Below the pieces are notes generated by a model that had not been told where the DNA came from, ran no database searches, and saw nothing but the letters and a program-made list of their open reading frames with translations. A stretch of DNA of 64,000 bases from Bacteriovoracia bacterium (GTDB taxonomy: Bacteria > Bdellovibrionota > UBA1018 > JBFWNL01): the NCBI GenBank assembly GCA_050251055.1, contig JBFWNL010000006.1:64001-128000 (forward strand), given 5' to 3'. The position numbers and the translations under genes were made by a program. How positions within the stretch are numbered: the first letter of the stretch is position 1; each line of letters opens with the position of its first letter. Positions 28,134-36,895 of this stretch are shown one piece after another.

Positions 28134-28772
28134 TCATTGGCGCATCTCCATGCGATTCTCGATCGCCTTGCCGATCGTTTGGCGATCGGTGTATTCGAGC
28201 TGGCCGCCCACGGGAATGCCGTGCGCGAGCTTGGTGATACGAAGCTGGAGCGGGCCCAAGAGTTTAGAGAGATAAAGCGCGGTGGCGTCGCCCTCCACGC
28301 TAGGATTCATGGCTAAGATGACTTCTTGGATGGGGTCACCTTCTTCCGAACCCATGCGGGCAAGCAATTCCTTGATTTTAAGCTCTTCCGGGCCCACGCC
28401 GTCGAGCGGTGAGAGCACGCCGTGCAAGACATGGTAAACGCCGCGGTAGGTTCCGGTTTTTTCGATCGAAAAGACATCCGAAGGTTTTTCCACCACGCAA
28501 AGCAGGCTGCGGTCGCGCTTACCTTGCGAGGCGTCCCGGCAGATACGACAAGGATCCTGATCGGTGAACGTAAGGCAGTGGCCGCAGAAGCCGGTTTTCA
28601 GCTTGGCCGACTGAATTGCCTGTGACAGGGCCGATGCGTAGCTCGCGTCCTGTCGAAGAATATAATAGGCGAGACGGGTGGCCGTCTTTTCCCCGATGCC
28701 GGGCAGTTTCGAGAGTTCGAAGACGAGCTTCGCTACCGAATCTGGATTGTCGGAAGGTGGCGCGAAGGTCAT
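28134..28772 (-). CDS. recR: Recombination protein RecR
   Basis: LPGIG.KTA.RLA, C4 zinc finger, YHVLHG.LSPLDG.GP, EG.ATA, A.GIP.GG.LEY.D. Confidence 0.97.
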   Translation of the reverse strand: MTFAPPSDNPDSVAKLVFELSKLPGIGEKTATRLAYYILRQDASYASALSQAIQSAKLKTGFCGHCLTFTDQDPCRICRDASQGKRDRSLLCVVEKPSDVFSIEKTGTYRGVYHVLHGVLSPLDGVGPEELKIKELLARMGSEEGDPIQEVILAMNPSVEGDATALYLSKLLGPLQLRITKLAHGIPVGGQLEYTDRQTIGKAIENRMEMRQ

Positions 28773-30628
28773 TGCTTCTTATTCCCCGAGAACTCGATAG
28801 GTCCAAGTTCGCCGCCGAAGAGGGCCTTGGCTTCGCGAATGATGGGGTCCGCGTTCACTTCCGTGCGGCGTTCGTCTTCTACCTTCTTCTGCTCGCGCTC
28901 CTTGCGATGCGCGATGCTTTCGCCCGCGGCTGCATTTAGCGTGCTTTCTACGATCGCGGGTTTTCCGAAATACGTCTGCGCCAGCTGCGAAAGCTGGTTT
29001 TGGGTGTTCCGCGACATCACTTGCTCGTGCTTGTACGATTCTTCAGGCACGAACTGCAGCTTCAGGGTGATCTTCTTGTCGTCCGCGGTCGGCACGACTT
29101 CGGCGTGGCTCGCGTGCTCAAGTAGCGAGGCTAGGAGCGGACGCACCTGGCGGATGGAATCGATAAAGCCCGCCCAGCTGGTGGGGCCGGTCGCCGTCGA
29201 AACGGGGGTGGCCGCAGGCTTGGGTGCCGCATTCGCCGCCACGGAAGCGGGTTTTGCAGGGGCAGGATTATTCATTTGGGCGCTGAGCGAAGCGCGGATC
29301 GCGGCCGCGGGCGAAACCGCGGGGGCGGCCGATGCGCCGAGAGTCATGTTGGGAGTCGCCGACACGGCAGGAGTTGACGTGACCGAAGGTCCTTCTTGAG
29401 CCGGCGAAGAAGGGGCCGCGCTCATTCCGCGCGGTGGCGCCCCTGTCGTAGCCGCAGGGCTTTTGGTGCCAAGACCCGTACCGCCCGGAGAACCGTGGCC
29501 CGTCGCCGCGCCGACTTCCACTAAAGCCTCGGCCGTGGCGCACTTGATGATCAAGATATCCATGACGACCTTGGGCTGCGAACTGCGCGCCACCCACTCG
29601 GCGCCGTGATGCAAGGCCTGGAAGATCAGTTCCATTTCTTCCAGTTCCCGCAATTCCGACAAAGATTTTAGTTCCGCTTGGCGCTCGGGCGTAAAGTCAA
29701 ACCCCGCCGTGGCGAGCGCGTCGATCTTCGCCAGGATCACTTGGTGCACGCCTTCAATTAGGCTGCGCGCGAGCACACGCAAGTCATGGCCTTGTGAATA
29801 AGTGCGTTCTACCTGCGCCAACGCTTCCAGTGGTTTACGCCCTAAAATACCGCGCAAAATACCGAAAACGGTCTGGGTCTCGATGAGGCCGATGCTCTCT
29901 TGTACCGATTCGACGGTAATGTTTTGCCCCGAGAAGGCGATCACCTGATCAAGCAGCGAAAGCGCGTCGCGCATGCTGCCTTCAGCCGCCTGGGCGATCA
30001 TGATTAACGCCGCCGGATCCGCCTTCATTTTTTCGGCGGCCGCGATTTCCGTCAGACGCTTTTGGATCTGCGCGATAGTAATGCGCTTATAATCGAAACG
30101 CTGGCATCGAGATAGAATAGTGGCCGGGATCTTGTGCGACTCGGTGGTGGCAAAAATGAAGATGACGTGCGGGGGCGGCTCCTCAAGCGTTTTTAGAAGC
30201 GCGTTGAACGCCGCCGTGGTGAGCATGTGCACTTCGTCGATGATGTAAATTTTGCGGGAACCCGAGGCGGGCAGGTACTTCACGTTTTCGCGGATCTCGC
30301 GAACGGCGTCGACGCCGTTATTGGAAGCGCCGTCGATTTCAATAACGTCCACGCTGGTGCTGGCGGTGATTTCTTTGCAGTTCGAGCATTCGTCGCAGGA
30401 GCGCAGCCAGCCGTCGACCATCTTGGCGTTCGGACAGCGGATGACCTTGGCGAAGATGCGGGCGATCGAGGTTTTGCCGATGCCGCGGGATCCGGTAAAC
30501 AGGTAAGCCTGATGGATGCGCTCCGCCCGGATGGCATTCATCAAGGTTCGAACGATGTGGCTCTGTCCAACGATGTCGGCAAACTGTGAAGAGCGCCATT
30601 TTCTGGCGAGGACGACGTACGAACTCAA
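28769..30628 (-). CDS. dnaX: DNA polymerase III subunit gamma/tau
   Basis: LARKWR, G.RG.GKTS.AR, EID.ASN, IDEVHML, NALLKTLEEPP, SRC, GSMRDALS. Confidence 0.97.
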   Translation of the reverse strand: MSSYVVLARKWRSSQFADIVGQSHIVRTLMNAIRAERIHQAYLFTGSRGIGKTSIARIFAKVIRCPNAKMVDGWLRSCDECSNCKEITASTSVDVIEIDGASNNGVDAVREIRENVKYLPASGSRKIYIIDEVHMLTTAAFNALLKTLEEPPPHVIFIFATTESHKIPATILSRCQRFDYKRITIAQIQKRLTEIAAAEKMKADPAALIMIAQAAEGSMRDALSLLDQVIAFSGQNITVESVQESIGLIETQTVFGILRGILGRKPLEALAQVERTYSQGHDLRVLARSLIEGVHQVILAKIDALATAGFDFTPERQAELKSLSELRELEEMELIFQALHHGAEWVARSSQPKVVMDILIIKCATAEALVEVGAATGHGSPGGTGLGTKSPAATTGAPPRGMSAAPSSPAQEGPSVTSTPAVSATPNMTLGASAAPAVSPAAAIRASLSAQMNNPAPAKPASVAANAAPKPAATPVSTATGPTSWAGFIDSIRQVRPLLASLLEHASHAEVVPTADDKKITLKLQFVPEESYKHEQVMSRNTQNQLSQLAQTYFGKPAIVESTLNAAAGESIAHRKEREQKKVEDERRTEVNADPIIREAKALFGGELGPIEFSGNKKQ

Positions 30629-30884
30629 CTTCGGTGACCCTTTTTAAACCCTTTTATGTTTTCCGAACCAGTCGGTTTTCTTGCTCCAGTTGCGCCTTTT
30701 CGGCGAAATTGGCGACAGGAATCCCCCCACTCCGGTTCAAAATTGAGCCCGCACCATACAAGGAAAATCCTCCCTAAACAAGCGAAAAGATTGGGTTTTT
30801 ACGCGTTACGCCAGCGCAGCTAGCCAGCGCAACTGGCTGGCGCGCCGCCCACTCCTATGCTAGCGATTAAAGTCAGGCATTCGA

Positions 30885-31472
30885 GTGAATACATTCTATT
30901 TGAATCACAGAATTGCGAAGCTCGCCTTTCAATGGACCCCAGAAGGACGTTTGGGGCAGGTTCATTTTTCCGAGGTGGATAATCCCGCCGCCGTTGAGCA
31001 AAATCCTTCGCTTTCATTTCGGTCGAAAGGTCTTCCGCGCAACATCCTGAAGTTCATCGAGCAGATCTGTGACTATTTCGAGAGCGGTACGCCCATCACC
31101 TGCCTGGATTGGGAATCGTTCGATCAATCGGGCTGGACCGAGTTTCAGCGCAAAGTCTATTTCTCCACGACGCATATTCCTTTGGGAGAAACTCGCAGTT
31201 ACGCGTGGGTGAGTGAAAAACTCGGCATGCCGCTCGCGAGTCGCGCCGTAGGCCAAGCTCTGCGCAAGAACCCAATACCCATTTTGATTCCGTGTCATCG
31301 CGTGATCACGTCGCAAGGTGCGTTGGGAGGGTTCATGGGGAAGAGCCACCCCGATCAGCCGGAGCTGCGCTTAAAGCAGAAGCTTCTGAAGTTGGAACAT
31401 GAGTATATGAATCCGATTTTTCCATTCGTCCTGGCGTCGGAGTTCACTTCCGCCGAGTTGCGGCCGGCATGA
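30885..31472 (+). CDS. ogt: Methylated-DNA-protein-cysteine methyltransferase (Ogt/MGMT family)
   Basis: IP.GET.SY, RAVG.A...NP, IPCHRV active site. Confidence 0.88.
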   Translation: MNTFYLNHRIAKLAFQWTPEGRLGQVHFSEVDNPAAVEQNPSLSFRSKGLPRNILKFIEQICDYFESGTPITCLDWESFDQSGWTEFQRKVYFSTTHIPLGETRSYAWVSEKLGMPLASRAVGQALRKNPIPILIPCHRVITSQGALGGFMGKSHPDQPELRLKQKLLKLEHEYMNPIFPFVLASEFTSAELRPA

Positions 31473-32212
31473 AGGCGGAGTGGTTAGCGGCATTTCGTCG
31501 CCCCCCCAAGCTTGCGAAGCGGGACATCTTGCTTACGCTGGCGCCGATCGTCGGCATCGTCGCCGCGTTTTTGCTGCGACCGGCGATCATGGATTTTCAA
31601 TGCAAGCATACCCCGGAGGAATGCGCACGCGAGTCGGTGAACTGGCTGGATCGCAAGTCGATGGGCGTCGAGAGCCCGCAAGCCGACTTTTGGTCCGACG
31701 TTTCCCAGAACACCGCCGGGATTTTGGCCGCGACGGTACCGTTAGCGTTGCAGCTCGGCCGCGCGGCGGGCGGGGGCGTGTCCCTGGCCGTGGGACTTGC
31801 CTATGCCGGTACTGATATCTTAATCTTCGTGCAGGCCGCGCTTTGGAATTCCTTCGCCAACGAGATCACTCGGCTGGCCGTGCAGCGGCCGCGGCCGTTC
31901 GTCTATCGCGACCCAGTCACTTTTGGTGGTACCGCTTCGGACTACACGTCATTTTATTCGGGTCATACGAGCTTCGCCACGGTCGCCATGCTTTCGCTCG
32001 TATTTTCGTTATTGGGCCGCGGGGTAACGATGCCGTGGTTAACGGGGTGGTCGCTCACCGGGTTGGGGTTCGTGTTTTTTACCGCGCTTACTCGGGTGTT
32101 GGCGGGCCGCCATTTTATGTCCGATGTTGTGGTAGGCATGATTGTGGGAGCGGTCATTACGGTCATTGTCCGCCAACAGATCAGCTTGCGATCTCGAGCT
32201 AATTCTACTTAG
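31469..32212 (+). CDS. PAP2 family membrane phosphatase
   Basis: R.RP, SFYSGH, RV.AG.HF.SDV. Confidence 0.88.
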   Translation: MKAEWLAAFRRPPKLAKRDILLTLAPIVGIVAAFLLRPAIMDFQCKHTPEECARESVNWLDRKSMGVESPQADFWSDVSQNTAGILAATVPLALQLGRAAGGGVSLAVGLAYAGTDILIFVQAALWNSFANEITRLAVQRPRPFVYRDPVTFGGTASDYTSFYSGHTSFATVAMLSLVFSLLGRGVTMPWLTGWSLTGLGFVFFTALTRVLAGRHFMSDVVVGMIVGAVITVIVRQQISLRSRANST

Positions 32213-33266
32213 TTTTTTTTGAAAGATCGCGCCAGCTTTTCCCAGCCCTGGCCGCGGGATTCATCTGGAAAGCGCGGACCGCGCGGGTGTGCTGTTCGAG
32301 CGTTTCACTGAACTGATGAGTCCCGTCGTTTTTAGACACGAAGAAGAGATAGTTGCTCGTCGCGGGATTTAGCGTCGCCTGCAAGGCCGCCTTGCCGGGA
32401 TTCGCGATCGGTCCGGCCGGCAGCGCCGAGATCGCGTACGTATTGTAATCCGTTCTTTGCTGCAAGTGTTCGCGGGTAATGTTGCCTTTGTAGGTTTCCC
32501 AAATACCGTAGATGGTCGTGGGATCGCTTTGCAGTCGCATGCCCTTCCTAAGGCGGTTATAAAAGACGGAGGCGATCAGGGGACGTTCTTGGGGTGCGCC
32601 CGTTTCCTTTTCTACGACGGAAGCCAACGTGACGAGTTCGTGTCGGGTAAGTCCCATTTCTCGGGCTCGAGCTTCGTCTCGATCCGTCCACGTGGCAAAG
32701 AACTTCCCAACCATGATTTTCACCATCTCAGTGGCCGACATCGCCCGGTTAAAAAAGTAAGTTTCTGGAAATAGGTAGCCTTCCAGGGTTCGGGGCAGGG
32801 GAGGCCTGAAGCCGAGTGAGGCGATAAGTTTCGGATCCTTGCAGAGCGAGACAAAGTCAGCCTTTTTGGCGAGCCCCTTTTGGGCGAGCAGATCCGCCAC
32901 CTGGTACATGTTGAGACCTTCGCTGATCGTAATCGGGTGAGCAACGCTAACCCCGGAGCCTAATACCGCGAAGATCTGGAGCGGGGTCTGCGTTGACGAA
33001 ACTTCGTATTCGCCCGCCTTAATGCGCGGCCATTTGCGGGTGATCGTTCCCAAGGTTTGAAAGGACGAGGCGCTTTTGATTACTCCGGAAGTCTCTAATG
33101 TTTTTGCGATCGCACCCGGGCGGTCGCCCTTGCGAATCTCGACTGTCACCGAGTTTGGGCTGCCGGAACTCGCGGGAGTAAACGCGAAAAGGATGATCGG
33201 CAGGACCTGGATGGTCAACACGATCGTCGCGAGCACTATAAAAGTAGCAGTAATTTTCCGGACCAT
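32205..33266 (-). CDS. mltG: Endolytic transglycosylase MltG
   Basis: EGYLFP.TY, ASVVEKET, NRL..GM.LQSDPT, YNTY...LP.GPIANPG. Confidence 0.95.
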   Translation of the reverse strand: MVRKITATFIVLATIVLTIQVLPIILFAFTPASSGSPNSVTVEIRKGDRPGAIAKTLETSGVIKSASSFQTLGTITRKWPRIKAGEYEVSSTQTPLQIFAVLGSGVSVAHPITISEGLNMYQVADLLAQKGLAKKADFVSLCKDPKLIASLGFRPPLPRTLEGYLFPETYFFNRAMSATEMVKIMVGKFFATWTDRDEARAREMGLTRHELVTLASVVEKETGAPQERPLIASVFYNRLRKGMRLQSDPTTIYGIWETYKGNITREHLQQRTDYNTYAISALPAGPIANPGKAALQATLNPATSNYLFFVSKNDGTHQFSETLEQHTRAVRAFQMNPAARAGKSWRDLSKKTK

Positions 33267-33272
33267 TTAGAT

Positions 33273-33301
33273 AGGTTAGTGGGGTTGGGGGTGGGTGCCA
33301 A
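33273..33301 (-). promoter_or_regulatory. Sigma70-type promoter of mltG, probably leaderless
   Basis: TTGGCA-17-TAACCT, then 6 nt to ATG 33266; no SD. Confidence 0.55.
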
Positions 33302-33362
33302 GAGTAATATTGTCTGTAAAATAGTTAACATATGACGGAAAAATGACAGGGAGTTGTAGTGT

Positions 33363-35384
33363 TTAATTTATTTCGGATGAGTACAGACACGGCAGTTCTA
33401 TGCTTACTAACGTCCATGTTTTTCCATCTGATTCAATTGAAATGGTACCACCGTGTCTATCTATCAGTTGGTTTACGTAGTGCAAACCCAGTCCAGTTCC
33501 TTCCTTTTTTCCGTGGGTAAAGCCTTCGGTTCCAATTTTCGGTAAGACATCTTCAGGTATTCCCCTTCCGGTGTCTTTCACTGAGATGGAGAAGTGATTC
33601 TCAGTGTAGGTGGCGGACACTTTGATTTTTCCACCGGCGTCACACGCTTCTATAGCATTATCTAGTATGTTTGATACCGCCCGGCCTAGAGCTGTAAATT
33701 CTATAGTAGTTATAATTTCAGGTGGGTTATTTTTTTTTGTGAACTCTATAGATATGGCTTTTTTTGTAGTGGCCCGTTTTTCCGCTATACAATTTAAAAC
33801 TAGATTTTCGACATTCATTGATCCTTCTGATGTCGAATTTATAGGTTGTATAGACGCTTTGTATTTTTTTAGGAGGTCATTTGAGATTTTTCCGATTCTA
33901 TCAATTGCAGAGAGTATTAGATTTCTAGAGTCTTGGGTTATTGCTTCTTGAGACTGTCCCGCCGCCGCCCTTAAAGCCGATAACGGGGATTTTATGTCAT
34001 GAGCAACTTGTGTTGCTAAGAGCGCTATTGCTTTGTTTTTTTCGTTTTCTAATGCGACTTGCTTAATCTCGAGTTCTCGTTTTACAAGTTTTGTTTTTAA
34101 TAGATCCCTCTCCGGTATTGCTATGGCGAATTCAACCGAAACTATAATCGAAAAAGAAAGGAAAAGTATTAAAGAACTTATTTTAGATAGGATTCCAAAA
34201 GAATTTATGGGGGTCAGGCCGATTAAGAATGCGGAGTGAATTAAGGTAAGGGCTAAGAATAAAAAAAACAAGAACCTTTCAACAGTTTTTCCGACGGTGG
34301 GTATTTCTACGAAGTCTCTTTTAATTAATTTCTTAGCCGAGAAATACAGCCCAAAAACAGAAGAGATCATATGAAGAAGTATTTCTAAATTCTCAATCAC
34401 TTTTAATCTTAATAACGAGTTGCCTAGGTTTTTTGATAAGAAGAAGGCAATCGTAGAGGCGAGTCCTATTCCATATGCGACCATTAGAAAGGGTCGTCTA
34501 TGCTTTGGGTCAATTCTATATAGGGTAAGAATAAAATGTATTAGAACTGATCGAGACCAAATTAATAAAACCTCAGACACGATAGGGGCAATGTCGGACA
34601 ACGCAGTTGGTGAGTACGCAGAGTTTAGTGTTTCAGCCCCCAAGTCTAATGAGCCAGATAATATTAGTAATAGTAGCTCGTTGTATTTATTGAACCGTAG
34701 ATAAACTACGGACAACAGTAGAAGTAAAAATCCTTTCGGGATTATGAACCAAAGATAATAGGAAGTTCTTAGTTCATTAGATCTAAATGCGATTGAGTTT
34801 AGTATAGATTTTGGGCCAAGTAGAAGATCTCTTCGGTTCGCGATACCTTGGTATGCTAAGTTTCCAGGATTAATTTCAAATCCAATGTCGATCGTTTCTT
34901 GATCTTGGAAGATGTTTTCCGGAATTACAACGAACAGCGTTTCAGCACCACCGGAGGTCAATAGCCGGTTATTTATGAATACTTTATAATTCTTTGCCCA
35001 GATAAATATTGAGTATAAAACCAATGGTTCTTTTTGGTTAAGCAAGTATTTTGGAAGTTCTATTTTTGACGACAGGTATATTTTCTGGCCGGGTTGCAGA
35101 TCGCTCAGTGGGAATTCACGAGAAGGGAGTGTGACTTTTTTTGTGACGGTAATCCCATTCTTTTTTCCCACTAAGGCGCACGGGACTTCGCCGCATTGTA
35201 TAGAGTTTCCGTAGTTGGCCTCCCAGCTAAGATTACTTCTTGTTAAATTAAGGACGTTGGGGTTGCTTTCATATGCTTCTTGCCAGTTGAAGTAATGGGA
35301 GATTTGAAAGAAAAAAAACCCTACTATGCATATTGAAATTATTGTGACCAATCCGTAAAAGAAGGTGTTGCTGTCGAATTTCAA
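33363..35384 (-). CDS. Membrane sensor histidine kinase (periplasmic domain, about 7 TM, HisKA, HATPase)
   Basis: H-box QVAHDIKSPL, N-box NILDNAIEA, DTGRGI, GTGLGL; hydrophobic central block. Confidence 0.92.
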   Translation of the reverse strand: MKFDSNTFFYGLVTIISICIVGFFFFQISHYFNWQEAYESNPNVLNLTRSNLSWEANYGNSIQCGEVPCALVGKKNGITVTKKVTLPSREFPLSDLQPGQKIYLSSKIELPKYLLNQKEPLVLYSIFIWAKNYKVFINNRLLTSGGAETLFVVIPENIFQDQETIDIGFEINPGNLAYQGIANRRDLLLGPKSILNSIAFRSNELRTSYYLWFIIPKGFLLLLLSVVYLRFNKYNELLLLILSGSLDLGAETLNSAYSPTALSDIAPIVSEVLLIWSRSVLIHFILTLYRIDPKHRRPFLMVAYGIGLASTIAFFLSKNLGNSLLRLKVIENLEILLHMISSVFGLYFSAKKLIKRDFVEIPTVGKTVERFLFFLFLALTLIHSAFLIGLTPINSFGILSKISSLILFLSFSIIVSVEFAIAIPERDLLKTKLVKRELEIKQVALENEKNKAIALLATQVAHDIKSPLSALRAAAGQSQEAITQDSRNLILSAIDRIGKISNDLLKKYKASIQPINSTSEGSMNVENLVLNCIAEKRATTKKAISIEFTKKNNPPEIITTIEFTALGRAVSNILDNAIEACDAGGKIKVSATYTENHFSISVKDTGRGIPEDVLPKIGTEGFTHGKKEGTGLGLHYVNQLIDRHGGTISIESDGKTWTLVSIELPCLYSSEIN

Positions 35385-35395
35385 GGGAGCGCCTT

Positions 35396-36895
35396 TTAGG
35401 CTTTCTTTGGAAACCGTACGCCCTTAGTGAACAGTTTTGTTATTGGGCTGATCGCCGTGTAAAGGCCGTGCCTAAAGTTAAGCGTGGGGTCGAATTCAAT
35501 GAGTTGATGTTTAATGAGATAAGTTGTTAAGTCTGAATATAATTCGTTCCAGATCGCAGCCGATACCGATTTGCCGGAGATTATCTCAGGTAGGTGCCCC
35601 AATAGTAATTCATGGCGCAAGCCACGGATATCGCCATGTTCAAAGTATACGCCTAATGCTTGGTATCCCAGTTTCTTGTATAGGGGCACGAGCTTCTCTT
35701 CGGCGCTCCCAAGAATCCATTGTCGTTTTGACTGGAGCACTGTCAACGTCATCTGCTTAATTAGTGCGTAGAGTAAGTCACTCCCTCTGTAGGCAGGGTG
35801 TGTGCAAATTCGCGTTACTTCTACAATCTCGTCTTTTCTAGGGATGCTCTCTGGGAGTTTTACAAAGCGCTCGTGTTCCGTCGTGTCTTCCAACTCGTGG
35901 TACATCACCCTTAAGCTTGCGACTAAATCTCCTCTGTGGCGAACGGTCAAGATTCTCGACCTAGAGTCAAATACATCCGCACTATTTTCGACAGCTGAGG
36001 TAGGGACCGCTTTTCCTGCCTTTAAGTATGCCATGTGACGAAGATTTAGCACCTCTTCGTATTCGGAAGCGGTTCTGACGCAACCAAACTCTAATGCGCC
36101 TGATGCCTTTGATACGTCCAGGCCTTCTTTCTTTAGGGCCTCGATTGTGTGCTTTGGTCCAAACTGAAAGACGTATTGGCCAATGGTTTCGTTTATTTTT
36201 GAGTCACTATTGGTGATTTTTGTCCCGACAGATAGATATTCTTTTCCGTCCATTGCGAGAATCCGTGTGTTAAGGAGCTTTAACTTTAGGTTGACATCGC
36301 CAACTACGGGAAAGCTGACCATGCTGTCTAACTCCATTCCCGGGATCAGCCACTTGTTCCTAAGGCTCATAACTAGTTGCATTCCCGATCTCGATATATC
36401 TCGAATTCGAAAATGAATAAAATCATTGAACCTAATCGGATTGGGCGCGATGCCGGTAGGCATAAACTCTGACCCGCACATCCATCGAGTGTTTGAACGT
36501 CGGTCATCAACTGTATGGTCAAAATTCTTTTGTGTGTCGGTTGAGCACCATCTTACACCTATTAGTCTGCGATGTGTTTCGTTGTGAATGCATGCGACAG
36601 CTAAGCCTATAAATGCGCTCTTTGTTTTATTTAAAGAGATGGTCAAATTTAATAAGCAGCCTACATTTATTTTTGAGGCCTTGTCCGCGTCTTCGCCTTT
36701 TAGTATCAATTCGGCTCCGAGAGGGCTAAGGCGCCAGACCACAGCTGAAATTTTAATATCTTGGTCAGGAATATAAACTGTTGCAGATATCGGATCAGAT
36801 TCTCTGACTTCAACCGGGTGAAATGGGCTATGTATAAACTCGATTTCAGTTTCTGGACGCGGTTCAAATTTTCTGAGATGAATTATTTGACTCAT
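35396..36895 (-). CDS. PilZ-PilZ plus GNAT (LuxI/FeeM/OlsB-like) N-acyltransferase fusion
   Basis: RSNTR and DISRSG PilZ motifs; LR..AY, D.FD, EVTR, HP.YRG and LYKKLGY GNAT motifs. Confidence 0.8.
   Translation of the reverse strand: MSQIIHLRKFEPRPETEIEFIHSPFHPVEVRESDPISATVYIPDQDIKISAVVWRLSPLGAELILKGEDADKASKINVGCLLNLTISLNKTKSAFIGLAVACIHNETHRRLIGVRWCSTDTQKNFDHTVDDRRSNTRWMCGSEFMPTGIAPNPIRFNDFIHFRIRDISRSGMQLVMSLRNKWLIPGMELDSMVSFPVVGDVNLKLKLLNTRILAMDGKEYLSVGTKITNSDSKINETIGQYVFQFGPKHTIEALKKEGLDVSKASGALEFGCVRTASEYEEVLNLRHMAYLKAGKAVPTSAVENSADVFDSRSRILTVRHRGDLVASLRVMYHELEDTTEHERFVKLPESIPRKDEIVEVTRICTHPAYRGSDLLYALIKQMTLTVLQSKRQWILGSAEEKLVPLYKKLGYQALGVYFEHGDIRGLRHELLLGHLPEIISGKSVSAAIWNELYSDLTTYLIKHQLIEFDPTLNFRHGLYTAISPITKLFTKGVRFPKKA

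Noticed and set aside
28769-30628. Programmed -1 frameshift in dnaX
   Set aside because: No A AAA AAG slippery site or long A run seen in the coding strand
30629-30884. SRP RNA (ffs) or tRNA upstream of dnaX
   Set aside because: No SRP domain IV motif or tRNA T-loop found on either strand
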